From IMG/VR virus record IMGVR_UViG_3300035671_000001, positions 1 to 64,000 of that record: 64,000 bases of DNA. One strand, 5' to 3'. Origin of the DNA: a virus. Both the position numbers and the translations under genes were made by a program. Position 1 is the stretch's first letter. The number at the start of each line of letters is the position of its first letter. Of this stretch, positions 59,583-64,000 are shown one piece after another. The notes under the pieces were generated by a model, which made no database searches, was not told the DNA's origin, and was given only the letters and a program-made list of their open reading frames with translations.

Positions 59583-62450
59583 ATGGCCGACTGGTACGTC
59601 TCCAGCGCCGTCTACGCGACGATCCCGGTCTGGGCTGCGACGACGGCTTATAACGTGGGTCAGTTCGTCAAGCCGACGGTATCCGCTTTTGACACGCAAT
59701 ATGTGTTCCGCTGCACGGTGGCGGGCACCTCGGGTGCGACAGAACCAACCTGGAGCGGTGCGGCTACCAACAATTCGACCATCGCTTCGGGTGGTGCGAC
59801 GTTCGCCAACGTTACTGGGCAGTCGACCTATGGTTGGAGTGCGTCGTCCGGAACTCTCTACACTGTTGCCAATCGTCGTGTGCTTGTTGGCGACCGTGTG
59901 TTTGCGTCGAGTGATCATGCCGAGAGTTCGTCAGCAGCGGTAGCATACGATTTCAATAACGGCACGGTCGCATTTGGCTTGGTTCAAATTGTTTCGGTCA
60001 GTCGTGCCGGATCGGTGCCTCCTACGGCAAGCGACACCCAATCTGGTGCCAGCATCACCAACACAAGTGGTTCCAGTGTGGCTCTGAATGCTTGGTGCAA
60101 TTTGTTTTGGCAAGGAATCACAATCACGATTGGTGGCAGCAGTGCGATCAATCTGTTTTTCAACGTTGGAGCTGGTGCGCGGAAGTCGCATTATTTGAAA
60201 AACTGCGCGATAGTTTTTACTACTGCACAGGCTGCTTCAAGAATAAGTACCAACAACGTGGCGAAGGTTACGCTCGACAACACGACGGTCAAGTTTGCCA
60301 ACGTCGCGCAGGCCATTGATGGTCAGGCGCCGTTCGACTTCAACTGGATCAACACGCCGTCCGCCATCCAGGGCGCCACAATCCCGACGACGCTGTTCAA
60401 GTGCGGGACCAACGCGCCGCCATTGTCCATGATCTGTCGCGGCGTCGACCTCAGCGCCATCACCGGGACGCTGTGCAGCGGCACTACCGGCTCGAACGGC
60501 GGCAGCATGAAAGCGCTGTTCGATAGCTGCAAGATCGCTCCCGGCGTCACGCGATTGGCCGCGCCCGCGACCATCACCAACGCGGGCGATGAAGTCGAGC
60601 TGATGAACTGCTTCGATGGGACCAACATTATCAACGAACGCTACGCCTACGGCGGCTCGGTAGTCATCGACCGCAGCACGACGCTGAGCGGTGGCGCTCA
60701 GGACGATGTGGGAGCCTATAGCCTCAAGCTGGCGTCGAGCACGCGCGCCGATTTCCAGACCATGCCGCTAGATGCGTTCTGGCTCGACGTCGAGAATATC
60801 GCGATCGGCGTGGCGAAGACGGCAACGGTGGAGATCATCGGCTCGGCCTCGCTCAACAACACCGACATTCGGCTACAGCTTGAATACACGGGAACTTCTA
60901 TCCAGAGTTGGAATCCTGCCGATAAAAATGACGTCACGTTTAGCAACGGGAATTTAACTGCTACTGGAGTTACATCCTCACAAGGAGGAGTGCGAGCTTA
61001 TCCTTATTTCAGCTCTGGTAAGTATTACTGGGAGTGCAAGGTTGACGTGATTAGTTCGAACAATTGGGGTGTGGGTGTGGCTATTGCATCTTGCGATTTG
61101 GATGCGGTGGGAAACACTCCAAACAATGCTGCGGTGATTTTTAAGAGCGGCAATATCTATGTCAACAACGTCTATACGGGTACTTCACTTGGGGCACGCG
61201 CAGCCAACGATATTTTCAGTGTTGCGGTAGATGCAACCGCTCGATTGATTTGGTTCCGGGTTGCGCCATCAGGAAACTGGAACGCTAGTGGTACGGCCGA
61301 TCCGGCAACTGGAGTAGGTGGCATCAGCATTAGCGCCCTGAGTGGTGCTCTTTTTCCAGTGTTTAGTTCAATTGGCGCAGACCAAACGACGATCAATCTT
61401 GGTGCTACTACTTTCAGTGGAAGCATTCCTTCCGGCTTCGTGACAACTGCGCTTTTGATTAACTATGGCTCATTCATCGAAAGCCTGGCTTCGGTGTTGA
61501 CGCCGGCGGCGGCGTTGCCGACATCGCTCGTCACTTGGCTCAACCCGCCGAGCACGCCGGTCAAACAACAGTTGCAAGCCACGTTCACGCCGCGCACAGT
61601 CGGTCGCGTGCGCGGCCTCGTTCGACTCGGGAAGACTTCGGCCACGGCCTGGGTCAACCCGCAGATCGCCATCACCATTCCTCCGCTTTCCGCAGAAGCC
61701 TCGCAATTCTTGGCGCGGACGTCTTCGCTTGATGCGACGCACACCAATGCTTACACGGCTTTGATCGATGGGCTAGTGACTGACGGCATTTGGTCGAAGC
61801 TGGACGTGCTTCATGTCTACGCGACGCAGAACAGCACTACGGCGCTGCTGAATTTGAAATCGAATAGTTACACCGGCACAGCCAATGGCTCACCGGCATT
61901 CGTGGCGGATCGTGGCTTTACCGGCGTCGATGCCAGTGCGACGGTTTACATCGATACCGGGTTTAATCCGGCAACTGCCGGCGGCAATTATTCGCAGGAT
62001 TCCGCGCATATCTCGGCATGGAGTAATACCACTCCAGCAAATTCTGGCCCTTCGGGCGGCGTCGTCATTGGTTCTGAAATTTCGGCATCTCATACTGCTG
62101 TTTACTCGCGATATAACGACGGGTTTAGTTATTTCGGTGTCAACGCAAGCGCCACCAACTTTACTTCTACTGGTACTCCATCCAATGGTCATTTCCTTGC
62201 CAACCGTTCGTCTAGTAGCGCCCTTCAAGGTTACAAGAATGGGACTTCTGTTTTAACGTGGACTAATACGTCGGTCGCTCCGGCATCGCAAAATATTTAT
62301 GCATTAGCAAACCATGGTCCTTCTGGTGCTAATCTTGGTACCGCGTTTCAGCTACCCGCGATAAGTATTGGCTCATCGTTGAGTTCGACTGATGTCACCA
62401 ACTTCTACAATCGCCTGCGAACCTACATGACTGCCGTTGGGGTGCCCTGA
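59583..62450 (+). CDS. Tail-associated protein, paralog 2, with SPRY insertion and lectin-like C-terminal extension
   Basis: Same core; SPRY-like GKYYWE insertion; extra C-terminal domain. Confidence 0.7.
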   Translation: MADWYVSSAVYATIPVWAATTAYNVGQFVKPTVSAFDTQYVFRCTVAGTSGATEPTWSGAATNNSTIASGGATFANVTGQSTYGWSASSGTLYTVANRRVLVGDRVFASSDHAESSSAAVAYDFNNGTVAFGLVQIVSVSRAGSVPPTASDTQSGASITNTSGSSVALNAWCNLFWQGITITIGGSSAINLFFNVGAGARKSHYLKNCAIVFTTAQAASRISTNNVAKVTLDNTTVKFANVAQAIDGQAPFDFNWINTPSAIQGATIPTTLFKCGTNAPPLSMICRGVDLSAITGTLCSGTTGSNGGSMKALFDSCKIAPGVTRLAAPATITNAGDEVELMNCFDGTNIINERYAYGGSVVIDRSTTLSGGAQDDVGAYSLKLASSTRADFQTMPLDAFWLDVENIAIGVAKTATVEIIGSASLNNTDIRLQLEYTGTSIQSWNPADKNDVTFSNGNLTATGVTSSQGGVRAYPYFSSGKYYWECKVDVISSNNWGVGVAIASCDLDAVGNTPNNAAVIFKSGNIYVNNVYTGTSLGARAANDIFSVAVDATARLIWFRVAPSGNWNASGTADPATGVGGISISALSGALFPVFSSIGADQTTINLGATTFSGSIPSGFVTTALLINYGSFIESLASVLTPAAALPTSLVTWLNPPSTPVKQQLQATFTPRTVGRVRGLVRLGKTSATAWVNPQIAITIPPLSAEASQFLARTSSLDATHTNAYTALIDGLVTDGIWSKLDVLHVYATQNSTTALLNLKSNSYTGTANGSPAFVADRGFTGVDASATVYIDTGFNPATAGGNYSQDSAHISAWSNTTPANSGPSGGVVIGSEISASHTAVYSRYNDGFSYFGVNASATNFTSTGTPSNGHFLANRSSSSALQGYKNGTSVLTWTNTSVAPASQNIYALANHGPSGANLGTAFQLPAISIGSSLSSTDVTNFYNRLRTYMTAVGVP

Positions 62451-64000
62451 TGGCTGACTGGTACGTCTCGTCCGTCGCCTACGCCGCCCTCCCGGCCTGG
62501 GCGGCGACGACGGCGTACACGGTCGGGCAGATCATCCGGCCGACTACAGCCGCGATCGGTACGCACCATGTACTTCGGTGCACTACAGCAGGAACGAGCG
62601 CAGCGTCTGAGCCGACATGGGCGGTTGGAAATAATGCGACGACCACATCCAACACTGCTGTTTTTACCAATGTTGGTGGTCAATCCGCCTATGGCTGGGG
62701 CGCCGCCTCTGGCTCTTTGTTGACCATTGGCCGGAGCCGTGTCGTAGTTGGTGATCGGGTGTTTCTGTCGAGCGATCACAGCGAAAGTGGCAACGCAAGT
62801 TGGGACTTCAACAATCTCACGAGTGCCTTTGGATTGATCCAGCTTATCTCAGTCAACCGGGCTGGTTCGGTGCCGCCGGTCGCTGCCGATATTTTGAATG
62901 GGGCCAGCATTACCAATGCCGCGGGCGCTAACTTCCAAGTAGATGCTCATTGCAATTTGCTCTGGCAGGGAATTACATTCACCAGTGTAAATGGTTTTGC
63001 CTTCAATACAAGCGCAACCAAGTCATACTATTTCAAAAACTGTGCTTTCGTGTTAAGCGCCGTTTCAAACGCTACTTTCAGAACTGCTGCGCCCTGTAAG
63101 ATCATTCTTGATAACACGACGATACAGTTTGGTCATATTGGTCAGGTTATTACTGCTGGTACCTTCGGCCAAGGTGAACTTTCTTGGATCAACACGCCAA
63201 ACGCCATTATTGGAGCTACGCTGCCAACCTTCTTATTTAGTAACGGTGGTACATCTCTGACGGTTACCTGTCGCGGTGTCGACCTCAGCGCCATCGTCGG
63301 GACGTTGCTAAAAACCGCGTCTGCCGGCGTGATTACAAAGGTGTTGCTCGACAGCTGCAAGATCGCTCCCGGCGTGACGCGCTACGCCTTGACCTCGACC
63401 ACGGGCGATCCTGCCTACGACGAGATCGAGCTGGTGAATTGTTTCGATGGAACGAACATCATCAACGAGCGGCACACTGCGGCCGGCGACGTCATCACCG
63501 ACGCCACTACCACGCTGAGCGGAGGGACGCGGGACAACGTCGGCGGCTACAGCCACAAGCTCGTTTCCAGCGCGCGCTCCGACGTCTGCACCATGCCGCT
63601 CGACGGCTTTTGGCTCGATGTCGGGAACACCGGGGTAGGTGTGGCGAAGACCGCGACGGTGGAGATCGTCTCGTCCGCCGTGCTCAACAACAACGACATC
63701 AAGCTCCAACTCGAATACATGGGCATATCTGGTTCGGCGCTGGCGTCGTTTGGCGAGAGCTTGGCATCGATGTTAACCGCTGCAGCAGCGTTGCCGTCGT
63801 CGTCGGCGAGTTGGAATAATCCGCCCAGCACGCCGCAAAAGCAGTTCTTGCAGGTGTCGTTCACTCCGCAGACTGCTGGTCGCGTCAAAGGTCTGGTGCG
63901 GTTGGGCAAACCCTCGACGACGGTGTGGGTCAATCCGCAAGTTGCTGTCGCTGCGGTGCCACAGCCAACGTCGCTGACGGCCGCGTTGTTTGACGACAGT
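62450..64000 (+). CDS. Tail-associated protein, paralog 3 (runs off the window; absent from the ORF track)
   Basis: TGATG coupling; ATGGCTGACTGGTACGTCTCG = MADWYVS; same motifs through WVNPQ. Confidence 0.75.
   Translation, partial: MADWYVSSVAYAALPAWAATTAYTVGQIIRPTTAAIGTHHVLRCTTAGTSAASEPTWAVGNNATTTSNTAVFTNVGGQSAYGWGAASGSLLTIGRSRVVVGDRVFLSSDHSESGNASWDFNNLTSAFGLIQLISVNRAGSVPPVAADILNGASITNAAGANFQVDAHCNLLWQGITFTSVNGFAFNTSATKSYYFKNCAFVLSAVSNATFRTAAPCKIILDNTTIQFGHIGQVITAGTFGQGELSWINTPNAIIGATLPTFLFSNGGTSLTVTCRGVDLSAIVGTLLKTASAGVITKVLLDSCKIAPGVTRYALTSTTGDPAYDEIELVNCFDGTNIINERHTAAGDVITDATTTLSGGTRDNVGGYSHKLVSSARSDVCTMPLDGFWLDVGNTGVGVAKTATVEIVSSAVLNNNDIKLQLEYMGISGSALASFGESLASMLTAAAALPSSSASWNNPPSTPQKQFLQVSFTPQTAGRVKGLVRLGKPSTTVWVNPQVAVAAVPQPTSLTAALFDDS

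Noticed and set aside
58023-64000. Diversity-generating retroelement acting on the tail paralogs
   Set aside because: No reverse transcriptase and no adenine-specific TR/VR pair seen
1-64000. tRNA/rRNA genes, integrase, att sites
   Set aside because: None recognised by eye; lifestyle cannot be assigned from this window

Overview
About 64 kb of a high-GC tailed (Caudoviricetes) phage genome, probably infecting an alphaproteobacterium (Bradyrhizobium/Rhizobiales-like cargo genes; host is inferred). It contains recombination and replication genes (RusA, RecE-like, RecT-like, SF2 helicase, MT-A70 methylase), an early cassette region (AAA ATPase, DUF3150-like, DUF2201/vWA), NusG, terminase, endolysin, portal, head genes and paralogous tail-like proteins. 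No integrase, tape measure or tRNA was seen. The standout feature is an RNA-guided TIGR-Tas-type system. A nuclease-less Nop/IS110-like protein (TasA-like, 22070-22858) is flanked by 36-nt dual-repeat arrays (GAGCGAGCC-N9-GAGAGCACC-N9), and eight further mini-arrays or single units lie elsewhere in the genome (about 95 guides in total). Read as spacerA + reverse-complement(spacerB), many guides nearly match this phage's own genes, often the gene next to the guide, with mismatches mainly at synonymous codon positions. They therefore appear aimed at sibling-phage alleles, while the resident copy escapes. Several guides appear to target TIGR arrays or the tas gene themselves. A candidate +1 frameshift may also join portal-ParB to an ADP-ribosyltransferase module. 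All matching was done by eye and is not exhaustive.
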